A stretch of 63,209 nucleotides of DNA, the filler included, from Reticulomyxa filosa (taxonomy: Eukaryota; Protista; Foraminifera), in the NCBI GenBank assembly GCA_000512085.1. It is 28 parts of 28 records of this genome, joined end to end, with 100 filler letters (N's around TTAATTAATTAA, not from the genome) between each part and the next. Parts side by side here need not be neighbours in the genome. Positions count along the whole stretch, not along the records: positions 11,620 to 15,528 come from ASPP01039346.1; positions 15,629 to 16,824 come from ASPP01029439.1; positions 16,925 to 20,514 come from ASPP01028320.1; positions 20,615 to 22,171 come from ASPP01001945.1; positions 22,272 to 24,047 come from ASPP01011022.1; positions 24,148 to 25,147 come from ASPP01022550.1; 22 more parts are not named here. The stretch is one strand, 5' to 3'. The notes below the pieces were generated by a model. The model ran no database searches, was not told the DNA's origin, and saw nothing but the letters and a program-made list of their open reading frames with translations. The position numbers and the translations under genes were made by a program. Shown here piece by piece: positions 14,601 through 24,473 of the stretch. Numbering within the stretch: position 1 is the stretch's first letter; each line of letters starts with the position of its first letter.

Positions 14601-15528
14601 TAGACATGAAAGAAAAGGAGACGCAACCTCTTGGTTCTGAATCAAACACCACCATTACTACTGCTAGTACTGCAATTATTCTTCCAGTGAAACGTGTACC
14701 AACCGGTTTGGTAGAATGTGATTTTTATGTACTTGATGACTCCAAAGAACTTGTGCGTAGCTTAGTGTTGCCAAAGGAATTTATGTCAGATGGAATAAGT
14801 GATATTCAATTCAAGTTAATTCTTCAAAAGCTAATTTATATCGTCTCTTTGGATAATCAGTTTATTCTCCATTGTCTACCATTGCAAGTGTCGCTAAAAA
14901 AATCACAATTACACGTCGAATTAACATCCATGTATGGAGATTTAACAACAAATAGTGAAGAAGCAACTCAAATAAAACCAAGTAAATTGGATTATATTGA
15001 ATACAGTTTGGACAAATTTGGATCCAAACCAGAGTTTTATTTACAATCTAAGTTGACTCTTCATTTGTCCGTTCTTTTAAATGCAAATGAAAGCAATTCA
15101 TTGTCATGGGTTTCGAAGGAAAGACTTGCACAAGCATCTGAATTGGTGCTGCACGCATTCAATAAGGTCAACCGAGACACCAAAAAAATATTTACGCATT
15201 TGGATTGGCAATGTGTACCCATTGCAATTGATAGCACAAAAAAGCAAATATATCTGAAAGATGTTTCGAAATTGGTGAAAAACCACAGCTCTTCCAGAAG
15301 TGGAGATGATTTTATAAGACAAGTGATTGTGCAATTTCCAATGCAAATTGCTAGAGCCTCTGGGGGAGATTTTGTATTACTTCACAATGGTGAAAATGAT
15401 CAAGCACGTTATGCACGTTGCACTACAAACAGCAGTTTCGTTGAATGCATTCGATTTGGAGGCTATGATGCGCTAATTAACTCGTGGCAAGGCAAAATTC
15501 GAGTGGTGAGTAGCATGGGAAAACAATC
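11620..15528 (+). CDS. Very large protein, partial at both ends, with a K/E/N-rich linker and the start of a P-loop GTPase domain (GBP/RHD3/VLIG-like)
   Basis: Two exons joined in frame by a GT-AG intron at 12201-12271, giving about 1280 codons with no stop. It ends at ...FPMQIARA...IRFGGYDALINSWQGKIRVVSSMGKQS, a hydrophobic strand plus the start of a Walker A (GxxxxGKS) cut by the contig end. Confidence 0.7.
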
Positions 15529-15628
15529 NNNNNNNNNNNNNNNNNNNNNNNNNNNNNNNNNNNNNNNNNNNNTTAATTAATTAANNNNNNNNNNNNNNNN
15601 NNNNNNNNNNNNNNNNNNNNNNNNNNNN

Positions 15629-15951
15629 TCTTCTTCTTCTTCTTCTTTTTCTTTATTCTCCACTTCAGGTATTCCTAATGTTGCTTCTATGCTGCCCGGC
15701 AAATTCGACCGCTCTTGGTCTAGTACATTCGCGATCACAGGTGCGCGCTTTGGGATTGTCCAACCATCATAGTGGCCAGAAAATATACTAAACAACAAAA
15801 AAATCATTGAACATAAAGCCAAGAATACTGTCACTAGCAAAACGTAAACACAACATTGATAATAAAAAGTCTGCTTGGAACGGCCAAAGTTTAGGACGTT
15901 TCTTGAAACTGGCTTCCGAGTATTGATGCGCCTTTTCTGACTTGAAAACAT
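15629..15951 (-). CDS. N-terminus of a probable type II membrane protein (partial)
   Basis: Basic N-terminal tail, one hydrophobic segment (CVYVLLVTVFLALCSMIFLLFSIF) and an acidic stem running into the gap. This topology is typical of Golgi enzymes. Confidence 0.45.
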
Positions 15952-16646
15952 GTCTTTTTTTAAATGAAAAACTCCCAGTTGTCTCTTTGAAGTTTAATTA
16001 CGTTTTAGTGTGAAGAGTTAAGACACTACAGAAAATATTTCGATGCTTTGTAGAATTTTTAAAAAATTAATTAAATATTCTACATATACACAAACTGTAA
16101 TAAATATTTTTTTTTACATTCTTGATCTTTGCACAAGGACTTTGCATATGCTTGTATCACAATCAAAATACAAAGATTTAAACAACAACATATAGAAAAT
16201 TTGGAGTGGAAATAAGTTTTAACAAAAATGAAAATGATTTTTATTAAATTAAAAAGAAAGATTAAATCATCATGGCTCCATTATGACTTAAGTATTATCA
16301 CCACATACCCATCATTTACCTTATTGATTCAACAAAAAAAAAAATCTTGTAAGTTATCGATTTTTTTCAATTATAGTACGAGTTCATCAGTTTCTGCCAA
16401 TTGTTCTAAAGGTAGTTTTTACGAATTTTTGATTTCTTCAACTTTTTTGACATGATTTTGCATTCATATTTGCCATTCTTTTTGAACATTGACTTTGAGC
16501 TAATGCATGTAAATGAAAATAAACAAGTATGTCTTGTTTCAATTTATCAAGTACTACCACTTTGCATGTACGTGTTAGTAAATTTATTATATATATTGAC
16601 ATTTATTTCTTATTCCATGTCTGATGTCAATTCGAAAGAAGATGAA

Positions 16647-16690
16647 TATGTCAGCTTTTCCTTATGTCAGCTTTTCCTTATGTCAGCTTT
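16647..16690. repeat. 16-bp tandem repeat (TATGTCAGCTTTTCCT) x ~2.7
   Basis: Seen directly in the sequence. Confidence 0.85.
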
Positions 16691-16924
16691 TTACTTTGAT
16701 TTCGTTGTCATGTCCTTGATCTCCCAGATAGTCTTTTGTGTCAAATAAATCTATATTTCACGTTATAATTCGAATGCTTTTTCAATTTGGTCTTGCAAAT
16801 CGTTAACCTAATTTCTTTGTACAGNNNNNNNNNNNNNNNNNNNNNNNNNNNNNNNNNNNNNNNNNNNNTTAATTAATTAANNNNNNNNNNNNNNNNNNNN
16901 NNNNNNNNNNNNNNNNNNNNNNNN

Positions 16925-16960
<36 letters not shown>

Positions 16961-17637
16961 GATGATTGCTTTTGTAATTTACGCACTTCGGTAAGAACCA
17001 ATTGCAGATGCTGTGCCAAATGTGTGTCATTGTGATGACTGAGTTGCGACGGCTCAATGGTGTCCACACACCCAAACTCTTCAAACTCACACTTCACTCG
17101 ACACAATGGACACTCCTTCAATAAATGCTGCTCCAAGTCTTTGATGGTCCCTTTGAACGTACATTCCTTTTCAAACAAGTTTGGACGACCTCCTTCCGAC
17201 TGTGACGACGGCTTCTTCAGATTTATCAGGTCCGAACGCAATGCTTGCAACAACTGCTTTGCTGATTTCGAACTGCTTGTATTGCTCATCGATATCTGCT
17301 GCTGCTTTGGACAATAAATCGCCATCTTACTTATCTGCTTTCGCACACTCACACTCTTCTGGTACTCGCATGACGTGTGGTTCGATATTGGACATCTCCC
17401 ATTGTTCTCCTTCAAATACTTCTGCAAACACGACTCTCCTACCACAAACACCTCGTCGTTGCTCTCGTGCTCTTTGCAACTCAATTCCAACGCGTTGTTC
17501 GCCAGCTTGTGACATATTCGGCACAAGTAATCCTTGTTGCGCTCTTGCGCGCCCGCCGAATCCACCAGCCAACCCAAATCATAACAATCGGTTAACATAC
17601 TGTTCACATCATCTTTGCCACTGCCTGTTTTCTTCAT
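16925..17637 (-). CDS. RING-like plus TRAF-type zinc-finger protein (3'-partial)
   Basis: CRICHKLANNALELSCKEH...VGESCL...CPISNH (degenerate RING), followed by CTFKGTIKDLEQHLLKECP..VKCEFEEFGC...HLAQHL (TRAF zinc fingers). It runs into an (AAT)n poly-Asn tract. Confidence 0.85.
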
Positions 17638-18130
17638 TTCTTCAACCCTTTTTTTAAAAAAAAAGTTATAATTTGTTTTTTTTTAAATTTGCAGCTCCCA
17701 AAAAAAAATTTGATCCAAATTGCTTTTTTTCAAAGAGCGTTTAAGGTTATATTGGGATTTTCTAAATATATCTTTTTCTTACAATTTACTTTTTAGATTG
17801 ATTTTATTGATGGACAGCAACGTTATATTTTCTTTTTGGACTTATTGAATACTTTTATGTGTGAAAGATATCAACAGTCACTCTGACAAACTGTACTGGA
17901 TCTGCTTTTAAAAAACACATTGCAAACATTTAGTTGTCGTCTTTGTGCAATTTAACACTGCAATTTGTTAAGTAGAACACGTCAAAAAAACTTCAATAGC
18001 ATTCTCTTGTCGTGAATTTGCAATATGAGCATTTTTGATAAGAATGGCAGTGAGCAAATTTCGTTGGAAAAGGGAAAGCAAATGATCCCCTTTCTCCATT
18101 GAATTTTTTTAAATCGAATCGTTAAAACTG

Positions 18131-19446
18131 ATGTTACAGCTTTTGAAACAAGTAGCAGATACAAATAAGGCATTAGAAGAATGTAACGAGCAAATAAGGC
18201 ACTTGAGAGCGATCATTGAAAAAAAACGGCAATTCCCAAGTTGAGAGAAGGAGCAAAAGACTATTTGTGGGCAGTCTTTCACCTCAATAATTAAATAAAG
18301 ATGCACTACAGATCTACTCCCAGAGCAAAAACCTTAGTAAGCAAGCACATAACGAGCTACGTGTGAAGGCGGAATTGAAGGGTTGTTTTAGTAGGACATA
18401 TGGTCTCGACTGGCATAATGACAGTATGCACTTGCTTTCAGCTTCTCAAGATGGAAAATTGATGGTTTTTAAAATTTTATTATAATATATATACATATAT
18501 ACTTTATATTTTGCTTTGCACATTTTTTTTTGTTTTGTTTTGTAATTGTTAACACGTATAGATATGGGATACTTCCAAAGCAATAAGAAAAAAGAGTATC
18601 TCATTGCAGAGTAGCTGGGTGATGACGTGTACTTTTTCCCCAAGTGGAAATCTTGCAGCTGTAGGAGGATTAGATAATATTTGCAGTATCTTTGATGTGT
18701 CCAGCGTATTCAAATCTTCAACGTTCCTTGCGTCCTTGACCAGTAAACGAAACAAATTAACACGAGCAAAATGTGAGTTGATAGGACATGAAGGATATTT
18801 GAGCTGTTGCAAGTTTATGGATGAAAATACTATTATCACCACTTCTGGAGATTCAACTGCAATATATTGGGACATTGAAAAACAGAGTATGATAAGCTCC
18901 TTTTCGAGACATACAGGAGATATTTTGTCAGTTTGCGTAGATCCACCCAATCACTTGTGTATCACTGCATCCGCCGATGCAACGGCAAAAGTGTGGGATT
19001 ACAGAGCACCTACAAAGTGCATTCTTGATTTTTCGGGATTTCATCAAAGTGACATCAACTGGTTTTTATATAATACTTTATACCATACATTTTTTTTTTT
19101 TATTGAATTTTTGTTGTTGTTGCACAGTGTCCAACTTTTTCCAAACAAACGTTCTTTTGTTACTGGCTCGGATGACATGAATTGCAAATTATTTGATTTG
19201 CGTGCTTTTCAACAAATGGCAAATTATCAATCAAAAGACTCCATTTGCTCGGTAGATGTTTCTATCTCTGGATATTATCTATTTGTTACAAGTGGTAGAG
19301 ATTTCGTCATTGTGTGGGATACAATCACTGCAGAAGAAGCTTACCAATTACGACATCCACATCTAACTAATAGATCACAATTATCTCCAAATGGACATGC
19401 TGTTGCCACAGGATGCTGTAACTTTGTACTTTATATTTGGTCTTAA
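18131..19446 (+). CDS. Heterotrimeric G-protein beta subunit-like WD40 protein (spliced, divergent)
   Basis: Spliced product has an N-terminal coiled coil (LEECNEQIRHLRAIIEKKR) and the G-beta signatures LLSASQDGKLMIWD, SSWVMTC.FSPSG..A.GGLDNICSIF, GHEGYLSCCKF, TSGDST..YWD and FVTGSDD..CKLFDLRA. Introns at about 18240-18300, 18465-18561 and 19062-19127. The start codon is uncertain (18131, or further upstream near 18025). Confidence 0.9.
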
Positions 19447-20194
19447 AGAGAACATATACAACTCTCAGTACTTCTTTTTTTTATAATTCACAAATGATGT
19501 AAAACAAATTAAAATGCATTAAAAGATCTCATCTGGCAAGCCAATTCTTTTCATAGCTTTATGTATTTATCTACTTCACACTTATTTACATAACTCGTTG
19601 TATGAATTGACCATATTTTGTCCGTGCTAACAATATCATTTTATGTCACAATTTTTATGTGAAGCGACCTTCTCATAAACGGATACATATAAAATGCATC
19701 CATGATCACTTTTATATTTTTTTTCTTTCGATGGAAAAAAACATACATGACAAATATGTACATTTCAAGTAGCAATAATGACAATAAAATGAATAAATCA
19801 AAGAAATCAACAGCTACAATCAACGAAATCTTTTCGCAGACAATACAACCATCTAATTTACAATAAAAAGGATAATGATAATTAATGTATGGGTGTAGTA
19901 TTCAGCGGAATCAGCAATTATTTGTTATTCATCGAAATAGCGAATAGTCTGTATTACATTTATAATTTCTGATTTGAAAAAGCGAAAATGTAACTGCTTA
20001 ACTTTTTTATTACAATTAATGTAGATTATATACCTCAGTAAAGTCAATGTTACAAATTATTTTTTTTTGCAACGAAACAATGGGTTTTGCGAACGGAGTA
20101 GGAAGTTTAGGAATCCTTTTTTTTTTTTGAAGCTTGCTTGTTGTTCACGTCGTTAATTTGTAAAAAAAAAATTATTATTAATCTAAAAAGAAAA

Positions 20195-20379
20195 ATGAGT
20201 GAAAATAACGAGAGCCCGCACGCGCCCACAACAAAAAATATAAATGAGGAAAAACCTCAAGAGGAAACGGCATTGGTTTCAACGAATGAAACAGAACCAG
20301 CAAATAACGAAGAGGTCCAGAAAAAAATAAAAATTCGAGAAAAAGAGCATTTGAAGTCTAGCAGCGAACAATTGATTAG
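20195..20379 (+). CDS. Probable first exon of an unknown gene
   Basis: ATG-initiated E/N/K-rich frame (MSENNESPHAP...) ending at an AG|GTAC donor, followed by AT-rich intron-like sequence up to the gap. Confidence 0.35.
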
Positions 20380-20791
20380 GTACTTTTTTTTAAAAGAAAT
20401 TTTCTTTACGCGACGAGTTCGCAAAAAAAAAAAACGTATGTATAACAAAAAAAACATAACGTATATACGTATAACAAAAAAACTTGATGTATGATAAAAA
20501 AAATAGTTTAATAANNNNNNNNNNNNNNNNNNNNNNNNNNNNNNNNNNNNNNNNNNNNTTAATTAATTAANNNNNNNNNNNNNNNNNNNNNNNNNNNNNN
20601 NNNNNNNNNNNNNNCTTTGCTTTTAAGACAAGTGAGACAGAAGGGAGCAAACAAACAAAAAAAAAAAACCTTGATATAATATATACATGTGAAAAAGGGG
20701 AGAAAAAAATTGAAGTGTAAATCTATAATTATGTCAATGTTCTTTAATTATTATTTTTTTGGGGGGTGACGACAACATGACGAATAAATAG

Positions 20792-22171
20792 GACACAGTG
20801 GAATGTAAAAACCCAAAGTACGTGAAAATGATAACAAAATTACTCAATGCCACATTTTCACAACCGAACAACTTGTCCGATCCCAAGAACCTTTCCGCCA
20901 TGGAGCCAATGTTACCGTGGTTGGCCGAAACATTGTCCAAGAAACCAGTTTGCAATGATTTCACTTAGAGTGTGAGAGAAGGAGGGGGGGGGGAACAAAA
21001 TGTATATGTGTATGTGTGCAGTAATTTGTAAAAGCCTCTCTTTTTTTTTTCTTTTCAATAAACACCACAGCAAGACAAAGAATTTCAAGCTCTAGTGAGA
21101 AATGTGGCGTGGACATTTGGACCTGACCCATTCTTGACGCGAATGCTCAATCGCTTAGCAGTTGAATGGTTTTTTTTTTTTTTTTGCAAATCACAAAATG
21201 GAAAAAAAAAAAAAAATTAAATAGTGAATGGAATATAATAAATACAATTGTACACACACAAACACAATGGAAAGACTGTGACAATTAACAAAGGTGGTGA
21301 AAACATTTGGGCTCCAATGGTCGATGTTTGTGCAGACATAATTGAAGAATTTGGTGCGCACAATTGCAATCCTTTACATCACATTCATCGTATTCATACG
21401 TTGTACAACACTGCAAAATTGAAAGGCAAAGCGCCCTGTGAAAAACTGCTCACAACCTTGTATCAACATCTTGGGGCGGATTGGAAAGTGGCAATCCACG
21501 GCACAATGGACAAAAAAATCACTGCAAAATGGGAAAAGGCATGGACCACGAGCGTCAAAAATCCGGGGTCTTATGTTCAAAAAAGGAGTTTCAACGGCGA
21601 AAAACAGCAAAAATCCAATGTAAAAAAAACGGATAAAAAAGAAGAAGAAAAAAAAGAGGAGAAAAAACCAGAAGTAAAGCCTGCTGCGGCCGCCGCTCCT
21701 GCCACTGAGGCCGCTCCTGTTGTGCCTGCAGGTCCAACAGTAACTTCGGGGGGAGTTACCTATGTATTCCCTCCTGGAGTTGATCCTAAAGACCCCAATC
21801 TGGTCCAACAAGATGGCAAATGGTTCCGCAAAATTAAAAAAAAAGTCAAAAAACAACAAAAGCAAGAAGTATCTGTGGAAAGAGGGGAGTTTGGGAAGCT
21901 GCAAACGCCGATGAAAGTTAAATCCTCGTGTCCATTGCCTAAGAAATATGCTGCCAAATCACCGTTATGTTTTTTTTAAAAAAAAAATTATTAGGACTTT
22001 TTGTTGGTCATTAATTAATCTTTTTTTTTTAATCTTGCTTTGGGGGGAAAACAGATTGACAAAGGACAAAGCATGGATTGTTGATGAGATGGCCAAATTT
22101 GTGGAAAAGGTAGCGTTTCCCACACAAGCTGATATGACAAAAACATTTTAAGAATTGCTTGCCAAAAGACG
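20792..22171 (+). CDS. HEAT-repeat protein fragment, possibly XMAP215/ch-TOG (TOG-domain) family; multi-exon, partial
   Basis: Spliced helical repeats (VCADIIEEFG...CEKLLTTLYQHLG...ITAKWEKAW), then a K/E/A/P-rich linker and a new helical domain (LPKKYAAK|LTKDKAWIVDEMAKF). This resembles the end of one TOG domain, a linker and the start of the next. Confidence 0.4.
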
Positions 22172-22271
22172 NNNNNNNNNNNNNNNNNNNNNNNNNNNNN
22201 NNNNNNNNNNNNNNNTTAATTAATTAANNNNNNNNNNNNNNNNNNNNNNNNNNNNNNNNNNNNNNNNNNNN

Positions 22272-22903
22272 TCATCATCATCATCAACAACAAATGCATC
22301 GTCATCATTATCAGCAGTAGCAAAGGCAAATGCTCAAGCATTGATGGATGTGATAACGCATGAATTGACAGCGTCCCCTTCATTGTCAGAATTTGGACAT
22401 CGGCAAATCCATCATTTGCTGACGGTGCAGCAAATGAACGAGCTGTTGCTGCACGTGCCCGAGCTGATCAACAACAACAGTTTTTTATGCGACTACTTCA
22501 AGAAAGACATGCCGCGAGAATGCGCACGTTTTTACAGTCGGTTCAATGTGCTGCCATTGAAGCCAGACGCGATCCCAGCAGAGCCTCGACGTCAGCTGCA
22601 TGCTTTCATTATGGCGTTTGTGAGCAAGCGTCTGACGCAGCCTGGCCATTCGACGATCAAAGCGTTGTTGCTGCTGTATCTGTTGCGCAGCGAGTATGAA
22701 GCCACAGGCACGTTCAACGGCCAGCTGTTCCTGGAGTACATGCGCATTTCGAAGCGGTCGTCGTACAACGCAAGCGTGGTCGACCAGTACTACTTTTGCA
22801 TCCGACGTTACGAAGACGAGTTGGAACAGAGCCGACGTCAACTGGAAGAGGAGCAAAAGTCCAAGTCGCTGTTGAGCAAGTTGACGTCAGGCTTGACGAC
22901 GAA

Positions 22904-22942
<39 letters not shown>

Positions 22943-23209
22943 CTCAAGTCGCGACCAGTGATGATCGGCTTTGGAGACTTTGTGAACATGTCGACGAGCT
23001 TTGATCGAGTGGGGTGCATTGGAGATGACACAGACATTGTCACGCGTGCCATCAAGTACTTCCTCAAGCATCCACAGCGTCTGTACGAAGGCTTGTCCAA
23101 AGAGCTCACTCAGCAGATCCAAGTCGACCAAGAGCGTCTGGTCGTGTTGGAAAGTGCGTTTGAAGAGTATGAAAAGCAGTCGATTCGATCATCTCTATCT
23201 GGTGCAATA

Positions 23210-23240
<31 letters not shown>

Positions 23241-24047
23241 TTGGAAGTAGTGGTAATGAGAATGATGAGACAAAGATAAAGACCAACTTGGTACTCGAAG
23301 AGGAGAGAAGACGCATTGCAAACTACGAACTTGAGAGAAGCGCAATGAAGAAGTGGATCGACAGCGACGCGACCAAGCGCGTGGTGGAGACGCTTTGTCC
23401 ATATGTTAGTCGCAGTACGCTCAAGGAGCTGCAGGCGGAACATGAGGCGTGCAGTGGCAATGAGAAGACGGAGGCGGATGCGTACAACGTGCTGACGAGA
23501 ACACGTGGGGGATATGCGCTGCAGACGTGGAAAGACGAGGTGGTGCTGGAGTTTGATAAGAACAATCCCTACTTGGTGCCCGTCGTCGAAGATGACAATA
23601 ACGATGGCAACAACGATGTGAAGCTGTTCGTAACCGTGAAGAACGTGAAGACGGTGATCGTGAAGGTGTTCCAAATCAATACGATGAACTACTACAAACA
23701 GTATCTGCAAGAGGTGGCCAGCGATCTCAACTTGGAAGGCTTGAACAGCGCCTTTGCCGACAAAGAGATTGTCGTGAACAACTACTCCAGTCCGTTCCAT
23801 AAGCAAACCTTGGAAATCTCCCTGGACCACTTGCGCAGCCGTCGTGGCGTGTTCTTTGTCGACTGCATTGGTAATGGCCAGCATTGTCGTGCGCTCATTC
23901 GCAAAGGCGAAATCAAGTTTGTCGAGAGACGATCTAGTGCCGGGCATATCTTTATTTTATTCGATGAAAAGAATCGTCGTATTAAATCAGGTGGGATCAT
24001 TGTCGATGGTATTCGTTATGAACCCAATAATAATAATAATAATAATA
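22272..24047 (+). CDS. Fragment of a large conserved uncharacterised protein (helical region then beta-sandwich-like region), with one apparent -1 frameshift near an (ACG)n tract
   Basis: ORFs 22341-22961 and 22796-24103 both look coding (GC-rich codon usage) and overlap in different frames. Motifs KNVKTVIVKVFQINTMNYY, RGVFFVDCIGNG..CRALIRKG and AGHIFILFDE match a family I recall from planctomycete-type bacteria and some protists (unverified). Confidence 0.65.
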
Positions 24048-24217
24048 NNNNNNNNNNNNNNNNNNNNNNNNNNNNNNNNNNNNNNNNNNNNTTAATTAAT
24101 TAANNNNNNNNNNNNNNNNNNNNNNNNNNNNNNNNNNNNNNNNNNNNTTTTTTTTTTTGTTGACTCAGTGTTCTCTCTCTTGCTTTCGTCAATCTCGATT
24201 TGTTTGTTTGCACAAAG

Positions 24218-24473
24218 GAACGGTTGTGACAACTATTTGAAATTACTCGACAAAATTGCTGAGAAAGGAGCCAAATATGCTACCGATGAAAGAGATAGAT
24301 TGGATCGTGTGTTGTCGTCAGGTGCAGTGAGGCCAGATAAAAGAACGGGTATGCTTTTACGCAGAAATGTGTTAACTGGATTCATTGAAGGAAGTGAGTT
24401 CACGGGAGAACCTACAGAGTCTGAGGCGGAAGACTCAGAGGCATCTGCTGACGAAGACAAAACAGAGCTGTGA
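24218..24473 (+). CDS. Last exon of an ER protein disulfide isomerase/ERp29-family protein (ERp29 C-terminal domain)
   Basis: YLKLLDKIAEKGAKYATDERDRLDRVLSSGAVRPDK...LLRRNVL matches the ERp29-C helical domain. Acidic tail with a C-terminal KDEL-like KTEL, and an upstream AG acceptor. Confidence 0.85.
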
